A DNA stretch of 64,000 nt, from the NCBI GenBank assembly GCA_950097015.1, contig CATNEN010000041.1:1302001-1366000 (forward strand), written 5' to 3'. Below the pieces are notes generated by a model that worked only from the letters and a program-made list of their open reading frames with translations, was not told the DNA's origin and searched no databases. Each line of letters begins with the position of its first letter. Position 1 is the stretch's first letter. Both the position numbers and the translations under genes were made by a program. Below are positions 51,801 to 64,000 of the stretch, piece by piece. The stretch comes from Macrostomum hystrix (lineage: Eukaryota > Animalia > Platyhelminthes).

Positions 51801-54800
51801 TTCGTCTAAAGACGCAGACGGAGATGCGTCGTCGGAGGTATCGGCGCCTAATAGAGTTCTTCACTATTCTGCGCTTCAGGGTCACGCGTCGTCTCCTGAG
51901 TTTAAAGATTCTCGATGTGCAAATGGAAATGCGCCTGACAAGGCGGCGAATGCGGAAGGTGGTTCGCCTAACGCGTCGCCTCACCCGCCTTACAACACGC
52001 TTCACAACTCTGCGGCGGACGACTTTGCGGCGAACGATTTTGCGGCGAACGACCCTGCGCCTGATGACTTTTCGCTGGATTCTTAGCCTCCTCACGCGTC
52101 TAATCAAGCGGGTGCGGCGAACGCGAACGGCTGTAATTCTGCGCAACAGAATGCGTCGCCTCACCCTAAGATTCACAGCACGACGTTTCAGAACAATACG
52201 CCTCCTGAAAATTCTGCGGACTCGACGTCTAATAACAACATGCCTGCGAATAACCCGCCGAATCTTACGATACACACGCCTGACTCGTCGGACGACTCGA
52301 GTTACCACACGGCGTACTACGCGACGTCGAACAACGCGTCTGATGATGCGTCGTCGGCGGATGACTCGTCGGAATCCGATGACTCGTCGGATCACTCGTC
52401 GCCTCCTCACGATGCGTCTTCTTCGCACAATGCGTCGGATGATGCGTCGTCGGCGGAAGACTCTTCGGCGTCTGATGACTCGTCGGATCACTCGTCGCCT
52501 CCTCACGATGCGTCTTCTTCGCACAATGCGTCGGATGATGCGTCGTCGGCGGATGACTCGTCGGCGTCTGATGACTCGTCGGATCACTCGTCGCCTCCTC
52601 ACGATGCGTCTTCTTCGTACAATGCGTCGGATGATGCGTCGTCGGCGGATGACTCGTCGGCGTCTGATGACTCGTCGGATCACTCGTCGCCTCCTCACGA
52701 TACGTCTTCTTCGCACAATGCGTCGGATGATGCGTCGGCGGCGGATGACTCGTCGGAGTCCGATGACTCGTCGGATCACTCGTCGCCTCCTCACGATGCG
52801 TCTTCTTCGCACAATGCGTCGGATGATGCGTCGTCGGCGGATGACTCTTCGGCGTCTGATGACTCGTCGGATCACTCGTCGCCTCCTCACGATGCGTCTC
52901 CGTGGAACGATGCGTCGGATGACTCGTCGGCGTCTGATGACTCGTCGGATCACTCGTCGCCTCCTCACGATGCGTCTTCTTCGCACAATGCGTCGGATGA
53001 TGCGTCGTCGGCGGATGACTCGTCGGCGTCTGATGACTCGTCGGATCACTCGTCGCCTCCTCACGATGCGTCTTCTTCGTACAATGCGTCGGATGATGCG
53101 TCGTCGGCGGATGACTCGTCGGAGTCCGATGACTCGTCGGATCACTCGTCGCCTCCTCACGATGCGTCTTCTTCGCACAATGCGTCGGATGATGCGTCGT
53201 CGGCGGATGACTCGTCGGCGTCTGATGACTCGTCGGATCACTCGTCGTCTCCTCACGATGCGTCTTCTTCGCACAATGCGTCGGATGATGCGTCGTCGGC
53301 GGATGACTCGTCGGAGTCCGATGACTCGTCGGATCACTCGTCGCCTCCTCACGATGCGTCTTCTTCGCACAATGCGTCGGATGACGCGTCGTCGGCGGAT
53401 GACTCGTCGGAGTCCGATGACTCGTCGGATCACTCGTCGCCTCCTCACGATGCGTCTTCTTCGCACAATGCGTCGGATGATGCGTCGGCGGCGGATGACT
53501 CGTCGGAGTCCGATGACTCGTCGGATCACTCGTCGCCTCCTCACGATGCGTCTGACAATCCTTCTTCGCACAATTTTCCTTCTGAGCACCTTGCTTGCCA
53601 CTCGACGTCCAGCGATCTTTCTGATAAATCTTCTCGTTCTCGGAATGAGTTTACGGATTACTCTGCGTCTAACAATCTTTCGTCTGACAACGCGGCGGAC
53701 AATCTTTCGCTTTCTAACGACCAGACGCTTGATTCGTCTAATCTGGCGTTTTCGTCTAAAGACGCAGACGGAGATGCGTCGTCGGAGGTATCGGCGCCTA
53801 ATAGAGTTCTTCACTATTCTGCGCTTCAGGGTCACGCGTCGTCTCCTGAGTTTAAAGATTCTCGATGTGCAAATGGAAATGCGCCTGACAAGGCGGCGAA
53901 TGCGGAAGGTGGTTCGCCTAACGCGTCGCCTCACCCGCCTTACAACACGCTTCACAACTCTGCGGCGGACGACTTTGCGGCGAACGATTTTGCGGCGAAC
54001 GACCCTGCGCCTGATGACTTTTCGCTGGATTCTTAGCCTCCTCACGCGTCTAATCAAGCGGGTGCGGCGAACGCGAACGGCTGTAATTCTGCGCAACAGA
54101 ATGCGTCGCCTCACCCTAAGCTTCACAGCACGACGTTTCAGAACAATACGCCTCCTGAAAATTCTGCGGACTCGACGTCTAATAACAACATGCCTGCGAA
54201 TAACCCGCCGAATCTTACGATACACACGCCTGACTCGTCGGACGACTCGAGTTACCACACGGCGTACTACGCGACGTCGAACAATGCGTCTGATGATGCG
54301 TCGTCGGCGGATGACTCGTCGGAATCCGATGACTCGTCGGATCACTCGTCGCCTCCTCACGATGCGTCTTCTTCGCACAATGCGTCGGATGATGCGTCGT
54401 CGGCGGAAGACTCTTCGGCGTCTGATGACTCGTCGGATCACTCGTCGCCTCCTCACGATGCGTCTTCTTCGCACAATGCGTCGGATGATGCGTCGTCGGC
54501 GGATGACTCGTCGGCGTCTGATGACTCGTCGGATCACTCGTCGCCTCCTCACGATGCGTCTTCTTCGTACAATGCGTCGGATGATGCGTCGTCGGCGGAT
54601 GACTCGTCGGCGTCTGATGACTCGTCGGATCACTCGTCGCCTCCTCACGATACGTCTTCTTCGCACAATGCGTCGGATGATGCGTCGGCGGCGGATGACT
54701 CGTCGGAGTCCGATGACTCGTCGGATCACTCGTCGCCTCCTCACGATGCGTCTTCTTCGCACAATGCGTCGGATGATGCGTCGTCGGCGGATGACTCTTC

Positions 54801-57800
54801 GGCGTCTGATGACTCGTCGGATCACTCGTCGCCTCCTCACGATGCGTCTCCGTGGAACGATGCGTCGGATGACTCGTCGGCGTCTGATGACTCGTCGGAT
54901 CACTCGTCGCCTCCTCACGATGCGTCTTCTTCGCACAATGCGTCGGATGATGCGTCGTCGGCGGATGACTCGTCGGCGTCTGATGACTCGTCGGATCACT
55001 CGTCGCCTCCTTACGATGCGTCTTCTTCGTACAATGCGTCGGATGATGCGTCGTCGGCGGATGACTCGTCGGAGTCCGATGACTCGTCGGATCACTCGTC
55101 GCCTCCTCACGATGCGTCTTCTTCGCACAATGCGTCGGATGATGCGTCGGCGGCGGATGACTCGTCGGCGTCTGATGACTCGTCGGATCACTCGTCGTCT
55201 CCTCACGATGCGTCTTCTTCGCACAATGCGTCGGATGATGCGTCGTCGGCGGATGACTCGTCGGAGTCCGATGACTCGTCGGATCACTCGTCGCCTCCTC
55301 ACGATGCGTCTTCTTCGCACAATGCGTCGGATGATGCGTCGTCGGCGGATGACTCGTCGGCGTCTGATGACTCGTCGGATCACTCGTCGTCTCCTCACGA
55401 TGCGTCTTCTTCGCACAATGCGTCGGATGATGCGTCGTCGGCGGATGACTCGTCGGAGTCCGATGACTCGTCGGATCACTCGTCGCCTCCTCACGATGCG
55501 TCTTCTTCGCACAATGCGTCGGATGACGCGTCGTCGGCGGATGACTCGTCGGAGTCCGATGACTCGTCGGATCACTCGTCGCCTCCTCACGATGCGTCTT
55601 CTTCGCACAATGCGTCGGATGATGCGTCGGCGGCGGATGACTCGTCGGAGTCCGATGACTCGTCGGATCACTCGTCGCCTCCTCACGATGCGTCTGACAA
55701 TCCTTCTTCGCACAATTTTCCTTCTGAGCACCTTGCTTGCCACTCGACGTCCAGCGATCTTTCTGATAAATCTTCTCGTTCTCGGAATGAGTTTACGGAT
55801 TACTCTGCGTCTAACAATCTTTCGTCTGACAACGCGGCGGACAATCTTTCGCTTTCTAACGACCAGACGCTTGATTCGTCTAATCTGGCGTTTTCGTCTA
55901 AAGACGCAGACGGAGATGCGTCGTCGGAGGTATCGGCGCCTAATAGAGTTCTTCACTATTCTGCGCTTCAGGGTCACGCGTCGTCTCCTGAGTTTAAAGA
56001 TTCTCGATGTGCAAATGGAAATGCGCCTGACAAGGCGGCGAATGCGGAAGGTGGTTCGCCTAACGCGTCGCCTCACCCGCCTTACAACACGCTTCACAAC
56101 TCTGCGGCGGACGACTTTGCGGCGAACGATTTTGCGGCGAACGACCCTGCGCCTGATGACTTTTCGCTGGATTCTTAGCCTCCTCACGCGTCTAATCAAG
56201 CGGGTGCGGCGAACGTGAACGGCTGTAATTCTGCGCAACAGAATGCGTCGCCTCACCCTAAGCTTCACAGCACGACGTTTCAGAACAATACGCCTCCTGA
56301 AAATTCTGCGGACTCGACGTCTAATAACAACATGCCTGCGAATAACCCGCCGAATCTTACGATACACACGCCTGACTCGTCGGACGACTCGAGTTACCAC
56401 ACGGCGTACTACGCGACGTCGAACAACGCGTCTGATGATGCGTCGTCGGCGGATGACTCGTCGGAATCCGATGACTCGTCGGATCACTCGTCGCCTCCTC
56501 ACGATGCGTCTTCTTCGCACAATGCGTCGGATGATGCGTCGTCGGCGGAAGACTCTTCGGCGTCTGATGACTCGTCGGATCACTCGTCGCCTCCTCACGA
56601 TGCGTCTTCTTCGTACAATGCGTCGGATGATGCGTCGTCGGCGGATGACTCGTCGGCGTCTGATGACTCGTCGGATCACTCGTCGCCTCCTCACGATACG
56701 TCTTCTTCGCACAATGCGTCGGATGATGCGTCGGCGGCGGATGACTCGTCGGAGTCCGATGACTCGTCGGATCACTCGTCGCCTCCTCACGATGCGTCTT
56801 CTTCGCACAATGCGTCGGATGATGCGTCGTCGGCGGATGACTCTTCGGCGTCTGATGACTCGTCGGATCACTCGTCGCCTCCTCACGATGCGTCTCCGTG
56901 GAACGATGCGTCGGATGACTCGTCGGCGTCTGATGACTCGTCGGATCACTCGTCGCCTCCTCACGATGCGTCTTCTTCGTACAATGCGTCGGATGATGCG
57001 TCGTCGGCGGATGACTCGTCGGCGTCTGATGACTCGTCGGATCACTCGTCGCCTCCTCACGATGCGTCTTCTTCGCACAATGCGTCGGATGATGCGTCGT
57101 CGGCGGATGACTCGTCGGAGTCCGATGACTCGTCGGATCACTCGTCGCCTCCTCACGATGCGTCTTCTTCGCACAATGCGTCGGATGATGCGTCGTCGGC
57201 GGATGACTCGTCGGAGTCCGATGACTCGTCGGATCACTCGTCGCCTCCTCACGATGCGTCTTCTTCGCACAATGCGTCGGATGATGCGTCGGCGGCGGAT
57301 GACTCGTCGGAGTCCGATGACTCGTCGGATCACTCGTCGTCTCCTCACGATGCGTCTTCTTCGCACAATGCGTCGGATGATGCGTCGTCGGCGGATGACT
57401 CTTCGGCGTCTGATGACTCGTCGGATCACTCGTCGCCTCCTCACGATGCGTCTCCGTGGAACGATGCGTCGGATGACTCGTCGGCGTCTGATGACTCGTC
57501 GGATCACTCGTCGCCTCCTCACGATGCGTCTTCTTCGCACAATGCGTCGGATGATGCGTCGTCGGCGGATGACTCGTCGGCGTCTGATGACTCGTCGGAT
57601 CTCTCGTCGCCTCCTCACGATGCGTCTTCTTCGTACAATGCGTCGGATGATGCGTCGTCGGCGGATGACTCGTCGGAGTCCGATGACTCGTCGGATCACT
57701 CGTCGCCTCCTCACGATGCGTCTTCTTCGCACAATGCGTCGGATGATGCGTCGTCGGCGGATGACTCGTCGGCGTCTGATGACTCGTCGGATCACTCGTC

Positions 57801-60800
57801 GTCTCCTCACGATGCGTCTTCTTCGCACAATGCGTCGGATGATGCGTCGTCGGCGGATGACTCGTCGGAGTCCGATGACTCGTCGGATCACTCGTCGCCT
57901 CCTCACGATGCGTCTTCTTCGCACAATGCGTCGGATGACGCGTCGTCGGCGGATGACTCGTCGGAGTCCGATGACTCGTCGGATCACTCGTCGCCTCCTC
58001 ACGATGCGTCTTCTTCGCACAATGCGTCGGATGATGCGTCGGCGGCGGATGACTCGTCGGCGTCTGATGACTCGTCGGATCACTCGTCGCCTCCTCACGA
58101 TACGTCTTCTTCGCACAATGCGTCGGATGATGCGTCGGCGGCGGATGACTCGTCGGAGTCCGATGACTCGTCGGATCACTCGTCGCCTCCTCACGATGCG
58201 TCTGACAATCCTTCTTCGCACAATTTTCCTTCTGAGCACCTTGCTTGCCACTCGGCGTCCAGCGATCTTTCTGATAAATCTTCTCGTTCTCGGAATGAGT
58301 TTACGGATTACTCTGCGTCTAACAATCTTTCGTCTGACAACGCGGCGGACAATCTTTCGCTTTCTAACGACCAGACGCTTGATTCGTCTAATCTGGCGTT
58401 TTCGTCTAAAGACGCAGACGGAGATGCGTCGTCGGAGGTATCGGCGCCTAATAGAGTTCTTCACTATTCTGCGCTTCAGGGTCACGCGTCGTCTCCTGAG
58501 TTTAAAGATTCTCGATGTGCAAATGGAAATGCGCCTGACAAGGCGGCGAATGCGGAAGGTGGTTCGCCTAACGCGTCGCCTCACCCGCCTTACAACACGC
58601 TTCACAACTCTGCGGCGGACGACTTTGCGGCGAACGATTTTGCGGCGAACGACCCTGCGCCTGATGACTTTTCGCTGGATTCTTAGCCTCCTCACGCGTC
58701 TAATCAAGCGGGTGCGGCGAACGCGAACGGCTGTAATTCTGCGCAACAGAATGCGTCGCCTCACCCTAAGCTTCACAGCACGACGTTTCAGAACAATACG
58801 CCTCCTGAAAATTCTGCGGACTCGACGTCTAATAACAACATGCCTGCGAATAACCCGCCGAATCTTACGATACACACGCCTGACTCGTCGGACGACTCGA
58901 GTTACCACACGGCGTACTACGCGACGTCGAACAACGCGTCTGATGATGCGTCGTCGGCGGATGACTCGTCGGACTCCGATGACTCGTCGGATCACTCTTC
59001 GCCTCCTCACGATGCGTCTGAGTGGCACGATGCGTCGGATGACTCGTCGGCGTCTGATGACTCGTCGGATCACTCGTCGTCTCCTCACGATGCGTCTTCT
59101 TCGTACAATGCGTCGGATGATGCGTCGTCGGCGGATGACTCGTCGGCGTCCGATGACTCGTCGGATCACTCGTCGCCTCCTCACGATGCGTCTTCTTCGC
59201 ACAATGCGTCGGATGATGCGTCGTCGGCGGAAGACTCGTCGGCGTCTGATGACTCGTCGGATCACTCGTCGCCTCCTCACGATGCGTCTTCTTCGTACAA
59301 TGCGTCGGATGATGCGTCGTCGGCGGATGACTCGTTGGCGTCTGATGACTCGTCGGATCACTCTTCGCCTCCTCACGATGCGTCTTCTTCGCACAATGCG
59401 TCGGATGATGCGTCGTCGGCGGATGACTCGTCGGAGTCCGATGACTCGTCGGATCACTCGTCGCCTCCTCACGATGCGTCTTCTTCGCACAATGCGTCGG
59501 ATGATGCGTCGTCGGCGGATGACTCGTCGGCGTCTGATGACTCGTCGGATCACTCTTCGCCTTCTCACGATGCGTCTGCGTGGCACGATGCGTCGGATGA
59601 TGCGTCGTCGGCGGATGACTCGTCGGCGTCTGATGACTCGTCGGATCACTCTTCGCCTTCTCACGATGCGTCTGCGTGGCACGATGCGTCGGATGACTCG
59701 TCGGCGTCTGATGACTCGTCGGATCACTCGTCGTCTCCGTACGATGCGTCTTCTTCGCACAATGCGTCGGATGATGCGTCGCCGGCGGATGACTCGTCGG
59801 CGTCTGATGACTCGTCGGATCACTCGTCGCCTCCTCACGATACGTCTTCTTCGCACAATGCGTCGGATGATGCGTCGGCGGCGGATGACTCGTCGGAGTC
59901 CGATGACTCGTCGGATCACTCGTCGCCTCCTCACGATGCGTCTGACAATCCTTCTTCGCACAATTTTCCTTCTGAGCACCTTGCTTGCCACTCGGCGTCC
60001 AGCGATCTTTCTGATAAATCTTCTCGTTCTCGGAATGAGTTTACGGATTACTCTGCGTCTAACAATCTTTCGTCTGACAACGCGGCGGACAATCTTTCGC
60101 TTTCTAACGACCAGACGCTTGATTCGTCTAATCTGGCGTTTTCGTCTAAAGACGCAGACGGAGATGCGTCGTCGGAGGTATCGGCGCCTAATAGAGTTCT
60201 TCACTATTCTGCGCTTCAGGGTCACGCGTCGTCTCCTGAGTTTAAAGATTCTCGATGTGCAAATGGAAATGCGCCTGACAAGGCGGCGAATGCGGAAGGT
60301 GGTTCGCCTAACGCGTCGCCTCACCCGCCTTACAACACGCTTCACAACTCTGCGGCGGACGACTTTGCGGCGAACGATTTTGCGGCGAACGACCCTGCGC
60401 CTGATGACTTTTCGCTGGATTCTTAGCCTCCTCACGCGTCTAATCAAGCGGGTGCGGCGAACGCGAACGGCTGTAATTCTGCGCAACAGAATGCGTCGCC
60501 TCACCCTAAGCTTCACAGCACGACGTTTCAGAACAATACGCCTCCTGAAAATTCTGCGGACTCGACGTCTAATAACAACATGCCTGCGAATAACCCGCCG
60601 AATCTTACGATACACACGCCTGACTCGTCGGACGACTCGAGTTACCACACGGCGTACTACGCGACGTCGAACAACGCGTCTGATGATGCGTCGTCGGCGG
60701 ATGACTCGTCGGACTCCGATGACTCGTCGGATCACTCTTCGCCTCCTCACGATGCGTCTGAGTGGCACGATGCGTCGGATGACCCGTCGGCGTCTGATGA

Positions 60801-63800
60801 CTCGTCGGATCACTCGTCGTCTCCTCACGATGCGTCTTCTTCGCACAATGCGTCGGATGATGCGTCGTCGGCGGATGACTCGTCGGCGTCCGATGACTCG
60901 TCGGATCACTCGTCGCCTCCTCACGATGCGTCTTCTTCGCACAATGCGTCGGATGATGCGTCGTCGGCGGAAGACTCGTCGGCGTCTGATGACTCGTCGG
61001 ATCACTCGTCGCCTCCTCACGATGCGTCTTCTTCGTACAATGCGTCGGATGATGCGTCGTCGGCGGATGACTCGTTGGCGTCTGATGACTCGTCGGATCA
61101 CTCGTCGCCTCCTCACGATGCGTCTTCTTCGCACAATGCGTCGGATGATGCGTCGTCGGCGGATGACTCGTCGGAGTCCGATGACTCGTCGGATCACTCG
61201 TCGCCTCCTCACGATGCGTCTTCTTCGCACAATGCGTCGGATGATGCGTCGTCGGCGGATGACTCGTCGGCGTCTGATGACTCGTCGGATCACTCTTCGC
61301 CTTCTCACGATGCGTCTGCGTGGCACGATGCGTCGGATGATGCGTCGTCGGCGGATGACTCGTCGGCGTCTGATGACTCGTCGGATCACTCTTCGCCTTC
61401 TCACGATGCGTCTGCGTGGCACGATGCGTCGGATGACTCGTCGGCGTCTGATGACTCGTCGGATCACTCGTCGTCTCCGTACGATGCGTCTTCTTCGCAC
61501 AATGCGTCGGATGATGCGTCGCCGGCGGATGACTCGTCGGCGTCTGATGACTCGTCGGATCACTCGTCGCCTCCTCACGATGTGTCTGCGTGGCACGATG
61601 CGTCGGATGATGCGTCGGCGGCGGATGACTCGTCGGAGTCCGATGACTCGTCGGATCACTCGTCGCCTCCTCACGATGCGTCTTCTTCGCACAATGCGTC
61701 GGATGATGCGTCGTCGGCGGATGACTCGTCGGCGTCTGATGACTCGTCGGATCACTCGTCGTCTCCTCACGATGCGTCTTCTTCGTACAATGCGTCGGAT
61801 GATGCGTCGTCGGCGGATGACTCGTCGGAGTCCGATGACTCGTCGGATCACTCGTCGCCTCCTCACGATGCGTCTGCGTGGCACGATGCGTCGGATGACT
61901 CGTCGGCGTCTGATGACTCGTCGGATCACTCGTCGTCTCCTCACGATGCGTCTTCTTCGCACAATGCGTCGGATGATGCGTCGCCGGCGGATGACTCGTC
62001 GGCGTCTGATGACTCGTCGGATCACTCGTCGCCTCCTCACGATGTGTCTGCGTGGCACGATGCGTCGGATGATGCGTCGGCGGCGGATGACTCGTCGGAG
62101 TCCGATGACTCGTCGGATCACTCGTCGCCTCCTCACGATGCGTCTTCTTCGCACAATGCGTCGGATGATGCGTCGTCGGCGGATGACTCGTCGGAGTCCG
62201 ATGACTCGTCGGATCACTCGTCGCCTCCTCACGATGCGTCTTCTTCGCACAATGCGTCGGATGATGCGTCGTCGGTGGATGACTCGTCGGCGTCTGATGA
62301 CTCGTCGGATCACTCGTCGTCTCCTCACGATGCGTCTTCTTCGCACAATGCGTCGGATGATGCGTCGTCGGCGGATGACTCGTCGGCGTCCGATGACTCG
62401 TCGGATCACTCGTCGCCTCCTCACGATGCGTCTGACAATCCTTCTTCGCACAATTTTCCTTCTGAGCACCTTGCTTGCCACTAGGCGTCCAGCGATCTTT
62501 CTGATAAATCTTCTCGTTCTCGGAATGAGTTTACGGATTACTCTGCGTCTAACAATCTTTCGTCTGACAACGCGGCGGACAATCTTTCGCTTTCTAACGA
62601 CCAGACGCTTGATTCGTCTAATCTGGCGTTTTCGTCTAAAGACGCAGACGGAGATGCGTCGTCGGAGGTATCGGCGCCTAATAGAGTTCTTCACTATTCT
62701 GCGCTTCAGGGTCACGCGTCGTCTCCTGAGTTTAAAGATTCTCGATGTGCAAATGGAAATGCGCCTGACAAGGCGGCGAATGCGGAATGTGGTTCGCCTA
62801 ACGCGTCGCCTCACCCGCCTTACAACACGCCTCACAACTCTGCGGCGGACGACTTTGCGGCGAACGATTTTGCGGCGAACGACCCTGCGCCTGATGACTT
62901 TTCGCTGGATTCTTAGCCTCCTCACGCGTCTAATCAAGCGGGTGCGGCGAACGCGAACGGCTGTAATTCTGCGCAACAGAATGCGTCGCCTCACCCTAAG
63001 CTTCACAGCACGACGTTTCAGAACAATACGCCTCCTGAAAATTCTGCGGACTCGACGTCTAATAACAACATGCCTGCGAATAACCCGCCGAATCTTACGA
63101 TACACACGCCTGACTCGTCGGACGACTCGAGTTACCACACGGCGTACTACGCGACGTCGAACAACGCGTCTGATGATGCGTCGTCGGCGGATGACTCGTC
63201 GGACTCCGATGACTCGTCGGATCACTCTTCGCCTCCTCACGATGCGTCTGAGTGGCACGATGCGTCGGATGACTCGTCGGCGTCTGATGACTCGTCGGAT
63301 CACTCGTCGTCTCCTCACGATGCGTCTTCTTCGCACAATGCGTCGGATGATGCGTCGTCGGCGGATGACTCGTCGGAGTCCGATGACTCGTCGGATCACT
63401 CGTCGCCTCCTCACGATGCGTCTTCTTCGCACAATGCGTCGGATGATGCGTCGTCGGCGGATGACTCGTCGGCGTCTGATGACTCGTCGGATCACTCTTC
63501 GCCTTCTCACGATGCGTCTGCGTGGCACGATGCGTCGGATGACTCGTCGGCGTCTGATGACTCGTCGGATCACTCGTCGTCTCCTCACGATGCGTCTTCT
63601 TCGCACAATGCGTCGGATGATGCGTCGCCGGCGGATGACTCGTCGGCGTCTGATGACTCGTCGGATCACTCGTCGTCTCCTCACGATGCGTCTTCTTCGC
63701 ACAATGCGTCGGATGATGCGTCGTCGGCGGATGACTCGTCGGAGTCCGATGACTCGTCGGATCACTCGTCGCCTCCTCACGATGCGTCTTCTTCGCACAA

Positions 63801-64000
63801 TGCGTCGGATGATGCGTCGTCGGCGGATGACTCGTCGGAGTCCGATGACTCGTCGGATCACTCGTCGTCTCCTCACGATGCGTCTTCTTCGTACAATGCG
63901 TCGGATGATGCGTCGTCGGCGGATGACTCTTCGGCGTCTGATGACTCGTCGGATCACTCTTCGCCTTCTCACGATGCGTCTGCGTGGCACGATGCGTCGG
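39839..64000 (-). CDS. Giant Arg/Ile/Val-rich repetitive protein (>7500 aa; N-terminus beyond the window) with a micro-exon-encoded Gly/Ser/Thr-rich C-terminal tail
   Basis: Frame open from the window edge to a donor at 42003 (DTI-G/gtgaga). Then exons 41770-41729, 41644-41600, 41522-41484, 41389-41321, 41078-41010, 40924-40874, 40736-40686, 40579-40508, 40344-40270, 40179-40135 (all GT-AG, phase 1, lengths multiples of 3) and terminal exon 40047-39839 ending ...GPVITETKN*. No recognisable family. Confidence 0.8.
42620..64000. repeat. Coding nested tandem array: 96-bp units interspersed with ten ~740-bp blocks
   Basis: Blocks start (+ coordinates) at about 43033, 45080, 47030, 49921, 51601, 53551, 55693, 58201, 59941 and 62431; runs of 96-bp and 78-bp units lie between them. 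Confidence 0.95.

Noticed and set aside
42590-56218. 4542-aa plus-strand Arg/Met/Thr ORF
   Set aside because: Shadow frame of the minus-strand repeat. It is broken by a TGA at 56216 that is merely R-to-H on the minus strand, and it has no unique flanking coding sequence or splice connection.

Overview
Eukaryotic (metazoan) genomic DNA with GT-AG introns, GC-rich exons and minisatellite-filled introns. The style suggests a free-living flatworm such as Macrostomum, but that is an unverified inference. I assembled seven genes by hand from splice sites and reading frames: (1) a 5'-truncated ZDHHC3/7-type palmitoyltransferase (+, 295-1886); (2,3) a head-to-head pair of paralogous mannose-receptor-like type I membrane proteins with 12 and 10+1 C-type lectin domains (-, 4059-13139; +, 14734-24640); (4) PIGB (-, 26957-29483); (5) NAPE-PLD (-, 30027-31386); (6) a GMC oxidoreductase with an altered second catalytic residue (-, 33473-37259); (7) the 3' part of a giant gene (-, 39839 to beyond 64000). 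Gene 7 is the standout. One uninterrupted exon of at least 22 kb encodes over 7300 aa of nested Arg/Ile/Val repeats (about 60% Arg, almost no acidic residues). It splices into ten symmetric phase-1 micro-exons and a terminal exon that encode a Gly/Ser/Thr-rich tail with a repeated KTVNPDGSxSWTETS motif. Also present: a tRNA-derived SINE (two copies), a MITE with TIRs and a 9-bp TSD, an unclassified intronic repeat family, and many tandem repeats.
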